Notes: generated from the letters alone by a model not told the origin. Counted from the stretch's first letter, positions 36,455 to 47,618 are shown. The stretch: DNA of 64,000 nt from Clostridiales bacterium (GCA_003507395.1 DNVW01000006.1:98249-162248), one strand, 5' to 3'. Program-made: numbers and translations.

Positions 36455-37963
36455 TTAATTTTCTAACATTTCCTTTAATTTGTTTCTATCTATTTTTCCA
36501 TTTGCATTATATGGCATACTTTGTAATTTAACCAACTCACTTGGACACATATATACAGGTAATTTAGCCCTAGTTTTTGCTAGTAAGTCTTTTTCATTTA
36601 GGTTTTCTCCCTGATAATACATAACTATTTTTGAATTATTCTTATCATATATGCATGCACATATAATAACTCCTTCTATGTTATTTACTGCTGCTTCTAT
36701 TTCTCCTAATTCAATTCTATAGCCCATATGTTTTATTTGAAAATCTTTTCTGCTTAAATACATAAGTTCTCCATCTTTATTATATTTTACTATATCTCCT
36801 GTTTTATATATAATTTCTGGATATTTTTTGTTAAGTGGGTTTTGTACAAAAGCCTTTAATGTTCTTTCCATGTTTCTATAATACCCTGATGCCAAAAAAG
36901 AACCTCTTACACAAAGCTCCCCTGCCTCATCTAGCTTAGCTTCTGTTCCATCTTCTTTTATTACCAAAATATCGCAGTTGTCACAGGCTTGTCCTATTGG
37001 AAGATTCTCTGTATTTTCAAATTTTCTATTTACAATATAATACGTGCATATATCAGTGGTCTCTGTGGGTCCAAATAAATTTGCAAATAATGCATCAGGT
37101 AATTTTTTAATCCATTCATTTAACTGTTTCGTTGGCATTACTTCTCCCGCAAATAAAACTTTTTTTAAGTTTGGTATTTCAACTTCTTCCAGCGCCTTAA
37201 AATTAGCAACTAAACAAAGCGCAGATGGCACCCAATAAATAGAATTTATCCCTTTTTCTTTTATAAATTCTAATAGTTTTATTGGAAAAGAAAAATATGA
37301 TTTTGGTATTATATGAAAAGTTGCTCCAGAGAGTACTGTGGAAAACACATCCGTAATTGACATACTAAAATAAAACGGTGTTTGACTTCCCCATATTGTT
37401 TCTGATGTGATATCAAAAGTTTTAGTAACCCAATTTGCATATGCTATTACAGCTCTGTGAGAGATCACAGTACCTTTTGGAATACCTGTAGAGCCCGATG
37501 TAAATAGTACATACATCGGATCTGTATCTATCATTTTACGTCGTATATCACATAGTACTGCACTTTCCATTTTTTCATTAATCATTTTTTCATATACATA
37601 TATATTTTGATCAACATATGTTTCAACTTTGCCTAAGTTTTTTTGGTCTGTAATAACAGCTATTGGCTCTAGAGTATCTAAGATTAGCTTTATTCTTGCT
37701 ATTGGTGATTTCGTATCAATAACCGTATAAAAGTTTCCACTGTATAATACCCCAAACATTGCTTCCAAACACTCAACTGTTTTATCAATAATTATAGCTA
37801 TTGGGCTATTTCTTGTATTTTTTTTAGATAGATGTGTGCCTAATTTTTGTGCATTTTCCATTATTTCTTTATAGGTTACTTCTCTATTGATATCAGTAAA
37901 AGCTATTTTATCTGGATAATTTTCCACTGTTTTTTCTAAATATTGTAATATATTTTTAACCAT
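36455..37963 (-). CDS. Amino-acid adenylation enzyme (DltA-like carrier-protein ligase)
   Basis: 502 aa. AMP-binding motifs FTSGSTGIPKG, YKTGD and GKIDR. Confidence 0.8.
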   Translation of the reverse strand: MVKNILQYLEKTVENYPDKIAFTDINREVTYKEIMENAQKLGTHLSKKNTRNSPIAIIIDKTVECLEAMFGVLYSGNFYTVIDTKSPIARIKLILDTLEPIAVITDQKNLGKVETYVDQNIYVYEKMINEKMESAVLCDIRRKMIDTDPMYVLFTSGSTGIPKGTVISHRAVIAYANWVTKTFDITSETIWGSQTPFYFSMSITDVFSTVLSGATFHIIPKSYFSFPIKLLEFIKEKGINSIYWVPSALCLVANFKALEEVEIPNLKKVLFAGEVMPTKQLNEWIKKLPDALFANLFGPTETTDICTYYIVNRKFENTENLPIGQACDNCDILVIKEDGTEAKLDEAGELCVRGSFLASGYYRNMERTLKAFVQNPLNKKYPEIIYKTGDIVKYNKDGELMYLSRKDFQIKHMGYRIELGEIEAAVNNIEGVIICACIYDKNNSKIVMYYQGENLNEKDLLAKTRAKLPVYMCPSELVKLQSMPYNANGKIDRNKLKEMLEN

Positions 37964-37977
37964 TTTTTCCCCCTTCT

Positions 37978-38985
37978 CTAGTCAAATTTTCTTTTTATAT
38001 AATTCCACGAATCTCTACACATATCTTCTAATGTTTTCTCGGCTACCCAATTTAACTCTTCTTTTGCCTTTGTTGCATCTGCATAGCATGTAGCTATATC
38101 TCCTGCTCTTCTTTCAGTTATTTTGTATTTTATTTTTTGTCCTGTTGTTTTTTCAAACGCATGAACCATATCTAAAACGCTATAACCTTTTCCTGTTCCC
38201 AAATTATATATATATATACCACTTTTTTCTTTTTCTAGTTTTTCTAATGCTTTAATATGTCCCTTAGCTAAGTCTACTACATGTATATAATCTCTAACAC
38301 CCGTTCCATCTGGTGTATTGTAGTCATTTCCAAAAATTGATAATTCTTCTAACTCTCCTGATGCAACTCTTACGATATATGGCATTAAATTGTTAGGTCT
38401 ACCTTGTGGTTCTTCTCCTATTATTCCAGATTCGTGTGAACCTATTGGGTTAAAATATCTTAATATACAAACATCCCATGTATTATCCGATTTATATACA
38501 TCTTTTAATATTTGTTCTATAAACAATTTTGAACTTCCGTATGGATTTGTTGTTCCTCCTATCTTACACATTTCTGTTAGCGGTACTACTTCTGGATCTC
38601 CATAAACTGTTGCAGATGAACTAAAAATAATTGTTTTTACATTATGTTTTCTCATAACATCTAATAAATTTAATGTTCCCGATACATTATTTGTATAGTA
38701 TTCAATTGGCTTCTCTACAGATTCGCCCACTGCTTTGTATCCTGCAAAATGTATAACAGAGTCTATTTTATTCTCCGCAAAAACTTTATCCATCTTTTCC
38801 TTATTTGAATAATCAAGTTCATAAAATTTAAAGTCCTTGTTTGTTATTTTTTTAATCTTGTCCAACATCTCTGGCTTGCTGTTTGAAAAGTTATCAACAA
38901 CAATTACCTCTTTATTTTCATTTAATAACTCCACAACTGTATGACTACCAATGTATCCTGCTCCTCCTATAACTAAAATTGCCAT
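37978..38985 (-). CDS. galE: UDP-glucose 4-epimerase
   Basis: GGAGYIGSH Rossmann motif and YGSSK catalytic motif. The start MAILVIGG at 38985 is preferred on RBS spacing. Confidence 0.88.
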   Translation of the reverse strand: MAILVIGGAGYIGSHTVVELLNENKEVIVVDNFSNSKPEMLDKIKKITNKDFKFYELDYSNKEKMDKVFAENKIDSVIHFAGYKAVGESVEKPIEYYTNNVSGTLNLLDVMRKHNVKTIIFSSSATVYGDPEVVPLTEMCKIGGTTNPYGSSKLFIEQILKDVYKSDNTWDVCILRYFNPIGSHESGIIGEEPQGRPNNLMPYIVRVASGELEELSIFGNDYNTPDGTGVRDYIHVVDLAKGHIKALEKLEKEKSGIYIYNLGTGKGYSVLDMVHAFEKTTGQKIKYKITERRAGDIATCYADATKAKEELNWVAEKTLEDMCRDSWNYIKRKFD

Positions 38986-39001
38986 ACACATCATCTCTCC
39001 T

Positions 39002-39937
39002 TTATATATTTATCTTTTTTTTAATTATATATTGAGGCCTTTGTTTTGCTTCATCATAAATTCTTACTAAGTATTCGCCTATAATCCAAAGAGAAAGTAA
39101 GACAATACCTCCTACAAAAGTTGTTGCAAACATAATGCTTGTCCATCCCTTTACCATGTTTGTCCATCCAAATATTTTTGATAATATAAAATAAAGTAAT
39201 ATAACTATAGACACTATTACAAAAGTAATTCCAAAACCACCTATTACTTTTATAGGCTTAGTTGAAAATCCAATTATACCATCAGAGGCTAATTTTAACA
39301 TTTTTTTTAATGGATATTTTGTCTTACCTGCATACCTTTCTTTTCTTTCATATTCATACTCATATTGTTCAAATCCAACCCAACTAAACAGTCCTCTTAA
39401 AAATTTGTTATGTTCAGGCAATGAGTTAATTACATCTACAACTTTTTTATCTACTAGTCTAAAATCTCCTGTATCTCCAGGTATATCTACATCTGATAAT
39501 TTATTTAGTGCTGTATAAAAAGCCTTTGCTGTAAGTAATTTAAATGCAGATTCTCCATTTCTTTTTTTTCTTTTGCCATATATTACTTCATATCCCTGCT
39601 CCCATTTTTCTATCATATCTGGTATTAACTCTGGTGGATCTTGCAAGTCCGCATCTATTATTATAATTGCATCCCCTGTCACATACTTTAGCCCTGCCGT
39701 TACTGCCGCTTGATGTCCAAAATTTCTTGAAAAAGATATTATCTTTACATTTTTATCAACTTTTGCTATGTCCTGTAATATGTCTAAAGTCTTGTCCTTT
39801 GAACCATCATTTATAAAAATAATTTCGTGTTCATACTTTTCTTTTAGTTCATCTAAGACTTTTTTTACTCTTTTATAACAAACTTCTGCAACCTCTTGTT
39901 CATAATACATCGGTATAACTACTGATACTTTTTTCAT
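39002..39937 (-). CDS. GT2 polyprenyl-phosphate glycosyltransferase (GtrB/CsbB-like)
   Basis: VVIPMY...NDGSKD...DADLQDPPE, plus two C-terminal TM helices. Confidence 0.8.
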   Translation of the reverse strand: MKKVSVVIPMYYEQEVAEVCYKRVKKVLDELKEKYEHEIIFINDGSKDKTLDILQDIAKVDKNVKIISFSRNFGHQAAVTAGLKYVTGDAIIIIDADLQDPPELIPDMIEKWEQGYEVIYGKRKKRNGESAFKLLTAKAFYTALNKLSDVDIPGDTGDFRLVDKKVVDVINSLPEHNKFLRGLFSWVGFEQYEYEYERKERYAGKTKYPLKKMLKLASDGIIGFSTKPIKVIGGFGITFVIVSIVILLYFILSKIFGWTNMVKGWTSIMFATTFVGGIVLLSLWIIGEYLVRIYDEAKQRPQYIIKKKINI

Positions 39938-39963
39938 ATATTACAACTCCTTTTCGAGTTAGG

Positions 39964-41046
39964 TCATGTCTCTTCCTTTTCTTTTCTGAAAACATCTTTA
40001 TACCCTACTGCGATAATTGCCACTACTAATAATGCAAATGATAACGCCTTCCATAACCCACTGTCTAATAATATTATTGCAAACATGCCTAGCGTTGCAC
40101 TTAGTCCATATAATATCAAAACTGCCTGTTTTTGTGTATACCCTTTTGCCATTAATCTATGATGTAAATGTCCCTTATCTGGCTTAAATACAGCTTTTAA
40201 TGACTTACCTTTGATTATTCTTCTAAAAATAGCAAATATTGTATCAAATATAGGTAATCCTAGTACTATTAGTGGCGCTATTAATACTAAAACCGTATAT
40301 GTTTTTGCCACTCCTAAAATTGATATTACTGCTAAGCTGAATCCTAAAAAATTAGAACCTACATCTCCTACAAATGTTTTAGCTGGATTAAAGTTAAATG
40401 GCAAAAATCCAACTATTCCACCGGCAAGAGCTGTTATTAATATTATAGATAATATTGATGAACCATTTGTTGCAAATATTATTAATAGTGATATACAAGA
40501 TATAAGTGAAATTCCTGAAGATAAGCCATCTAATCCATCTATTAAGTTTATTGCATTAGTTATACCTACTATCCATCCTATCGTAAGTATATATGAAAAT
40601 ACATTATTTAAAATTAGGTTTTTTTCTAAAAATGGAATTTCTATCATATCTATTTTTATACCACATGCAGTTACAATTATTGCCACTACCAATTGTGCTA
40701 GCAATTTTACACCTGCTGGAATATTTTTAGAATCATCAATAAAGCATGTTATTCCCAATATTATAATTCCAAATAGAAATCCCATTAGCTTTATTCCATA
40801 TTTTTCTGTTCCACCTAAGTCTATTGTTTTTTCCATATTCAGTATAAATAGTAAATATAAAACAGAAAGTAAAAAACCTGTTATTATAGCTAATCCACCT
40901 AGTCTTGGTATTGGCTTTTTATGTATTTTACGCTCCTCTGGGAGATCCATTGCTCCAACCCTATGAGCCAGTCTCATAGTGTATGGTGTTATGACAAAAC
41001 TTGTGATAAATGCTAGCAAAAAAGCTATAGTAATATTTCCCCACAT
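39964..41046 (-). CDS. Undecaprenyl-phosphate N-acetylhexosamine-1-phosphate transferase (TagO/WecA, MraY family)
   Basis: Polytopic protein with the NAINLIDGLDGL motif. Confidence 0.8.
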   Translation of the reverse strand: MWGNITIAFLLAFITSFVITPYTMRLAHRVGAMDLPEERKIHKKPIPRLGGLAIITGFLLSVLYLLFILNMEKTIDLGGTEKYGIKLMGFLFGIIILGITCFIDDSKNIPAGVKLLAQLVVAIIVTACGIKIDMIEIPFLEKNLILNNVFSYILTIGWIVGITNAINLIDGLDGLSSGISLISCISLLIIFATNGSSILSIILITALAGGIVGFLPFNFNPAKTFVGDVGSNFLGFSLAVISILGVAKTYTVLVLIAPLIVLGLPIFDTIFAIFRRIIKGKSLKAVFKPDKGHLHHRLMAKGYTQKQAVLILYGLSATLGMFAIILLDSGLWKALSFALLVVAIIAVGYKDVFRKEKEET

Positions 41047-41128
41047 TTTCTATCGCCTCACTCTTTTATTATCTTTTACATTTTATATCATTTCATATTT
41101 TTTGTCAATTTATATAGCTTTATTGTCT

Positions 41129-42274
41129 TTATTCATTTAATTCTGTCTCTAATTTATCATATAGTTTTTTTACTCTTGCAGGCATCTTAATTTTCATTTT
41201 ACTAAATAACCAAAAAATACACAGCCTTATCTTATCTATGAAAGTAAATGATAAAAACAATAGTATAGGAGTAGTTATTATAATTATTGATAACTTTTTA
41301 TTGCCTACATTAACAATAAATCTCTTAAATCCGTCCCATAAAAATATTCTAAAATATGGATTTTCATGTATCAGGTAAACTCCAAAAGTCGCCGATGAAA
41401 AGAAATAAATACACCTATTTATCATGTTCTGCTTAATGTTAATATTTAAGAAAAATAAAAATAGATTTAATGCTGCAATTAGTACCGTGATAGAAAAATA
41501 CCTATACAAAACATTTGGTTCAAATGTCTTTATGTTATACTTGTTTATGAGCCAATGAGCTAATACATTTACAAATGACATTAATAGATAAATAATAAAA
41601 TATGTAATCTTCCTATTCTTTTCATTTTTATAAAATCTTTTTATATATCCTGCAATTATATACAGACATACAAACCAACTAATACTATATCCTCCGCCAT
41701 AATTAATAGTTCTTGCAGGGTCTATTATAGTGCCCCATACTGAAAAGATTATAATTATTATAAACAATAGCATAGTATATTGTTCTTTTGACAAAGTTTT
41801 TATCAATTTATTCAAAAAAGGTGCTAATATAAGCAATACTATATAGCAAGTAACAAACCAATAGTTTTTTAATAGAACTGGGATGAAATTTATTAAAATA
41901 TCTGTTAATTCTTGCCTTATAATAAATGCAAAAAAAACATACATTAATATGGAATAAAAAAATGTCTGTACCTATAACTTAATTATTCTTTTTATTTTAA
42001 ATTTAGAATCTGACAAAAAATAACTTCCTATTAAAACATAACAGTCTACAGCCACAAAACAAAGTGATTCTAAGAACCATATCAAAAACCCTTTCAAAGT
42101 AGTTGTATTACTTTTTTCAAGTAATCCTCCAAAATTGAGCATATGTAATGTTACTACCATTAGCATTGCAATAATTCTTAGGAATTCTATATTACTATTT
42201 CTTTTCTTTATTTCTTGTGCTATTGTTTTCATATTTATATTTTCCTTACTCATAAATTTCCCTATAAATCTCAT
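41129..42274 (-). pseudogene. Acyltransferase-3 family membrane protein interrupted by an in-frame TAG (41972-41974)
   Basis: ORFs 41972..42274 and 41129..41944 share a frame: ...KFKIKRIIKL*VQTFFYSILMYVFF... The true start is probably the internal MKTIAQEI at 42232. Confidence 0.7.
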
Positions 42275-42836
42275 AGTCTCTTAATATTTTTCTTACATAG
42301 TTATTTGTTTCTTTAAATGGTATATTTTCTATATTAGTGCCATCTTTTTTTATTATTCCTTTTTGTATCCACTCTGTTACATTTCCTATTCCCGCATTAT
42401 ATGCTGCTAAAGTCATATTAAGATTATTGTCATATCTTTCTAAAAGTTCAGATAAATATTTTGCTCCTAATTTAATATTAATCTCTGGATTGTATAATTC
42501 TTCTTTTGAATTTATTTTTTCGTCAATATTGTCTGAAACCTCTAATGCTGTGTTTTCCATAAGTTGCATTAATCCTATGGCATTGCTAGATGAAGTGGCA
42601 TCTACTTTAAAATTACTTTCTGTTTTTATAACAGCAAAAACAAGCAACGGGTCCAAATTATAATCTGTAGCATATTTATAAACATATTCCGAATAATCTT
42701 TTACATATATTTTTTTCAAAATTATATCTTGTATATTAATCAGTTTTAAAAAAATTATTAGTGCTAAAAATATAAATAAATATATAAAACTTTTTCTCAC
42801 TATTTTTTCCTTCTGTGGTTCATTCATAAATATCAA
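42246..42836 (-). CDS. Lytic transglycosylase (SLT domain) with N-terminal membrane anchor
   Basis: IKTESNFKVDATSSSNAIGLMQL...AAYNAG. Confidence 0.8.
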   Translation of the reverse strand: MIFMNEPQKEKIVRKSFIYLFIFLALIIFLKLINIQDIILKKIYVKDYSEYVYKYATDYNLDPLLVFAVIKTESNFKVDATSSSNAIGLMQLMENTALEVSDNIDEKINSKEELYNPEINIKLGAKYLSELLERYDNNLNMTLAAYNAGIGNVTEWIQKGIIKKDGTNIENIPFKETNNYVRKILRDYEIYREIYE

Positions 42837-44300
42837 AATCTCCTATCGTTCCAGTCTTATTTTTGTTTTCTTTAACATAGTTAATAACTTGCAACGGTGT
42901 TTGCCAATTTTTATGATATTTATCTTGTAATATCAAATATTTAACATCTTTTGAACTTTCTATCTCTGCTATTATCTTTTCTTCCCCATCTTCTCCTAGA
43001 TTACCTTTTAATAATAAATCATAATTTTTATTATATTTATCAATTGGTATCATATATAAAGCTGCAGAAGCATCTAATATTTTTACATCATCTTTTGATG
43101 TTAATATAAAAGTATCCACTTTTTCTATATTCTCTTCTAATTTTTCGTCTACTATAATATATTGATAGTGTGCTAAATCAGAATAGTTGTGCTTATTAAC
43201 TAGGTAAGTTCCTGAATTGATAATAACATATGCTAACAAAGAAACATATATTGTAGCTTTCACATAATAAAAACAAAATCTATACATTTTGTTTTCTATT
43301 ATATTTGTTATCTTACTTGATAATAAATACGACATAAGTACTATTGTCGGTATTGCTCCTATATAAAAATGTATTTTGTCTGAAATTGGAAATGCAACTA
43401 CAAACATAGCTAATCCATATATTAATAAAAAATATAGTGCCTTATCTTTATCTCTTTTTATTATAATTTTATATATTACTATACCAAAAGTTATTGGAAC
43501 CAATAATGCGAATAATCCCGTTATATCTAATTTTAATAACTTTTTATATGGTATATAGTTACTAAATTCTGATACTCCTTTGATAGAATAATTAACAAAA
43601 TCATTAAAGCAATTATTATAGATTAAATATATTATCATAAGACTTATTAATATTAGAATTGGCATTAGCCTAAATAAAAAGCTTTTCAAATATTCTTTTA
43701 AATCTTGTTTATTTTTTATGAAAAATATTTTATTTGCTAACATAGCAATAATCACCAGTATTCCTGTGTTTTGCTTCAGCAATATAGCAATTCCCGCCAT
43801 AATTCCTAAAAGTATATCTTGCTTAATATTGGCTTTTATTATATTTTTGTCTTTTTTATAAAATTTAATCTCATTATATATTATTAGTAATACTATTAGT
43901 AAAGTAGCAAAGTTATAATCTAAGCAATAATATTCTAACATCAGTAAGGTTATTATACCAGTAATAAGAACTGCTAATTCTTTTTTAACATCCAATATTT
44001 TAATATTTTATAAACCAATACCATTATTGTTGCACACAAAAATCCTGCTAGAATTCTGGTTATTATTATTTCATTAAATGTATATTTTAATATGATCCCA
44101 GAAATAATTGGTAATAGTGGCATCTGTAACATGTTAAAGTCTTTATATGGTATTAATCCATCTGCAATATTTCTAGCGAAATTGTAATTCCATATTTCAT
44201 CTAAATTATTTATTGGCTTAGCTAAAATACTAAAAAATATTATTATAAATGCTATTATAAACAATATCAATTCATCTTTTTTCTTCATTTTTAATCTCAT
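42820..44300 (-). pseudogene. GT-C-fold membrane glycosyltransferase (ArnT/PMT/YfhO-like), frameshifted in a homopolymer
   Basis: ORFs 43974..44300 and 42820..43995 overlap in different frames. Adding one A to the A6 run (T6 at 43981-43986 on the plus strand) gives the continuous ...KYWMLKKELAVLITG... A first-loop LDEIWNY motif and about 12 TM helices are present. Confidence 0.6.
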
Positions 44301-44315
44301 TACTTTCTCTTTAAT

Positions 44316-47006
44316 CTATTTGGCTTCATACCAATTCTTTGCTTCTGATATTTCTACTTTTAGAGGTATACTTAATTTAGCCGCATTTTCCATACTTTCT
44401 TGTAGTATTTGCTTTACTTGTTCCTTTTGTTCTTTTTTACATTCTATTATTAATTCATCATGTACTTGCAAAATCAATTTTGCATCTGCTTTTGTTTGCT
44501 TTAATTTATCATCTAAATTTATCATTGCTATTTTCATAATATCTGCTGCTGTTCCTTGTATTGGAGTATTCATTGCAGCTCTTGCCCCAAACTGTCTTAC
44601 CATGTAATTATTTGAAGATAATTCTGGAATTTGTCTTCTCCTATGGAATAAAGTCTCAACATATCCCTTTTCTTTTGCCTCTTCAACTATATTTTCCATA
44701 AAATTTTTAATTCCTATATATTTTTCTTTGTATTGTTCTATATATTGTTTTGCTTTTTTCCTGCCTATTCCTAATTGTTCTGCTAATCCAAAGTCACTTA
44801 TTCCATATACTATTCCAAAGTTTACTGCCTTTGCTGCACTCCTTTGTTCTTTTGTAACCTCTTCCATAGGTACTCCAAATACTTGCGAGGCTACTTGTCT
44901 GTGTATATCTTCGTCATTTTTAAATGCATTTATCATATTTTCGTCTTGCGATATATGAGCTAATACTCTCAATTCTATTTGTGAATAATCAGCATCTATA
45001 TATATATATCCCTCTTCTGGTTTAAATGCTTTTCTTAATTGTTTTCCCAATTCTATTCTAGTTGGAATATTTTGTAAATTTGGTTCTGTACTGCTTATTC
45101 TCCCTGTTGCTGTTATTGTTTGGTGAAAGTATGAGTGTATTCTTTTTGTTTTTTTATTTACATATGGAAGTAATCCCTCTACATAAGTTGAATTTAGTTT
45201 AACTAATGTTCTATATTCTAGTATTTTTTCTATAACTGGATGTTCTCCTTTTAATTTTTCAAGGACATCAACATCTGTTGAATATCCACTTTTTGTCTTT
45301 TTATATACAGGAAGCTTTAGGTCTTCGAACAATACTTTTCCTAATTGCTGAGTTGAATTTATATTAAATTCTTGTCCACACATTTCATATATTTTATTTT
45401 TTAATTCTTCTATACTTTGTTTTATTTTATTTCCAAATTCAACTAATTCTTGCTTATCTAAATGAATTCCATTATATTGCATTTTTCCTAATACCTTAAT
45501 TAATGGCATTTCTATATTATTAAATAATTCCCAAGAATTTATTTCTTTTAATTTTTCTGATATTATATCTATTAATTTTTTTAATAAATATGTTTTCACC
45601 GCATTTTTGTATTTTTCTATATCTGTTTGTTCATTTGTTTCAAATAAAGTTATTTGTTGATTCTTCTTTTCATCTACACCCATTTTTTCTAAATAATCAT
45701 TTACATCTATATTCAAATATTGATTTGCCAATGTAGTTATATCATATTTTGAATTGGTTGGATTTATTAAATATGCTGCTACTTCTAAATCATATTTTAT
45801 ATTCTTAAAGTCAATGTTATTTTGTTTTAATATTACGTAGTCTTCTATTTGATTGTGTCCATATTTTTCTATTTTCTCATCCTCAAATATTTCTTTCAAT
45901 TCTTCTGCATTTGCTTTTAAATGATATACAATATTTTTTTCTTCATTATATATACTTATACTTGTTATTTCTTTTTTTATTATGTTTTCATCATTTTCGC
46001 ATTGTCTTTTGCCTAGAATATATATTATTTTATTTTTATTTTTTGCATATTCTATTATTGTAGAAATGTCTGTTTCTTGTATATCAATTACTGTTTCTAA
46101 CTCTTTGTCTGTTTCTGCACTTTTTAGTCCAAATCTTTCTATGAATCTATTGAATCTTAAATTTTTAAAAATTTCTAAAACTTTTTCATTATCCCACCCA
46201 ACAATTTTGTAGTCTTCTAAGTTCTCTTCTATGGGTACTTGTATATTAATAGTACCCAACTCTTTAGATAAATATGCCATTTCTTTGTTTTGCTTTATCT
46301 TTTCTCTTGTTTTTCCTTTTAGTTCATCAGTTCCATTGTCGACTTCTTTATATAGATTTTCTATCGAGCCATATTTTTTTACAAGGTCTAATGCTGTTTT
46401 TTCGCCTATTCCCGGAACTCCAGGAATGTTGTCCGAGCTATCTCCCATTAACCCTTTAACTTCTATTAATTGTTTTGGTATTACTCCATATTTTTCTATA
46501 ATGGCTTGCTCATCAAAATTTTCTGTCTCTGTTTTTCCTACTTTAGTATGTGGAATTCTTATTACTATATTTTTTGTGGCAAGCTGAAAAGTATCTCTAT
46601 CGCCTGATAATATTGTCACATGCAATCCTTGTTTTTCTCCAAACTTTGAGAGAGTACCCAAAATATCATCCGCTTCATATCCTTCTTTTTCTATTATTGT
46701 TATATTCATCGCTTTAAGAATGTCCTTTATTATTGGCATTTGCTCTGCAAGTTCATTTGGCATGCCTTTTCTTGTGGCTTTATATCCATCATACAGTTTA
46801 TGTCTTGCTGTTGGAGCTTTTAAATCAAATGCAACTACCATATATTCTGGATTTAAGTCATCAATTATTTTAAACATTATTGATAGAAAACCATACACTG
46901 CATTTGTATATTTTCCGTCTGGAGTTGTAAGCATTTTTGAACCCATTATTCCATAAAACGCTCTGTTCATAATACTATTTCCATCAATTAAAACTAATTC
47001 TCTCAA
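44316..47006 (-). CDS. polA: DNA polymerase I
   Basis: 896 aa. 5-prime nuclease N-terminus; polymerase motifs DYSQIELRVLAH and LQVHDEL. Confidence 0.95.
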   Translation of the reverse strand: MRELVLIDGNSIMNRAFYGIMGSKMLTTPDGKYTNAVYGFLSIMFKIIDDLNPEYMVVAFDLKAPTARHKLYDGYKATRKGMPNELAEQMPIIKDILKAMNITIIEKEGYEADDILGTLSKFGEKQGLHVTILSGDRDTFQLATKNIVIRIPHTKVGKTETENFDEQAIIEKYGVIPKQLIEVKGLMGDSSDNIPGVPGIGEKTALDLVKKYGSIENLYKEVDNGTDELKGKTREKIKQNKEMAYLSKELGTINIQVPIEENLEDYKIVGWDNEKVLEIFKNLRFNRFIERFGLKSAETDKELETVIDIQETDISTIIEYAKNKNKIIYILGKRQCENDENIIKKEITSISIYNEEKNIVYHLKANAEELKEIFEDEKIEKYGHNQIEDYVILKQNNIDFKNIKYDLEVAAYLINPTNSKYDITTLANQYLNIDVNDYLEKMGVDEKKNQQITLFETNEQTDIEKYKNAVKTYLLKKLIDIISEKLKEINSWELFNNIEMPLIKVLGKMQYNGIHLDKQELVEFGNKIKQSIEELKNKIYEMCGQEFNINSTQQLGKVLFEDLKLPVYKKTKSGYSTDVDVLEKLKGEHPVIEKILEYRTLVKLNSTYVEGLLPYVNKKTKRIHSYFHQTITATGRISSTEPNLQNIPTRIELGKQLRKAFKPEEGYIYIDADYSQIELRVLAHISQDENMINAFKNDEDIHRQVASQVFGVPMEEVTKEQRSAAKAVNFGIVYGISDFGLAEQLGIGRKKAKQYIEQYKEKYIGIKNFMENIVEEAKEKGYVETLFHRRRQIPELSSNNYMVRQFGARAAMNTPIQGTAADIMKIAMINLDDKLKQTKADAKLILQVHDELIIECKKEQKEQVKQILQESMENAAKLSIPLKVEISEAKNWYEAK

Positions 47007-47040
47007 AATTCAACCTCCTAATTTATTTTAAACAATTTTT

Positions 47041-47520
47041 TTAATACATAGTTTTATTTTCAGTTTTATTTTTATAATTATCAAAAGTTTTTATAGTTTC
47101 TTCTCTATCTATTTCAATAATTTTTAATAATTCTTTACTATCTTTTGGTGTTTTTTCCATTTCTAGATATTTATAAATGATGTTATCTCTAAATCCAATT
47201 TCGTCTGCATCTTCTTTTGTATTACCATAATATACTACTTTAATATTTGACCAAATAATAGCTGATAAACACATTGGGCAAGGATAACAATTAGTATAAA
47301 TTTCGCAACCAGTTAAGTTAAACGTATTTAAGGTTTTACACGCAGCTCTAATTGCTACTATTTCTGCATGAGCAGTTGGATCATTTTTTAATACTACTTG
47401 ATTATTCCCTTTTCCAACTATTACTCCATCTTTTACAATAACAGCGCCAAAAGGCCCTCCATGATTTGTTAAAATGTTTTGTTGGGCTAATTCATTCGCT
47501 ATTTTCATATATTTATTCAT
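47041..47520 (-). CDS. CDA-fold nucleoside/guanine deaminase (GuaD-like)
   Basis: GGPFGAVIVKDG...PTAHAE...PCPMC is very similar to B. subtilis guanine deaminase as I recall it. Confidence 0.7.
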   Translation of the reverse strand: MNKYMKIANELAQQNILTNHGGPFGAVIVKDGVIVGKGNNQVVLKNDPTAHAEIVAIRAACKTLNTFNLTGCEIYTNCYPCPMCLSAIIWSNIKVVYYGNTKEDADEIGFRDNIIYKYLEMEKTPKDSKELLKIIEIDREETIKTFDNYKNKTENKTMY

Positions 47521-47590
47521 AATTACTTAGTCTCCTTTATATTTAAATTTTCAATCTATAATCATAGCTATTTTATCATATATTAAAAGA

Positions 47591-47618
47591 AAAGAATAGT
47601 TCTTTATGACTATTCTTT
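47591..47618 (-). terminator. Terminator at the edge of the accessory islet
   Basis: AAAGAATAGT / ACTATTCTTT stem. T-run on the minus strand. Confidence 0.5.
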
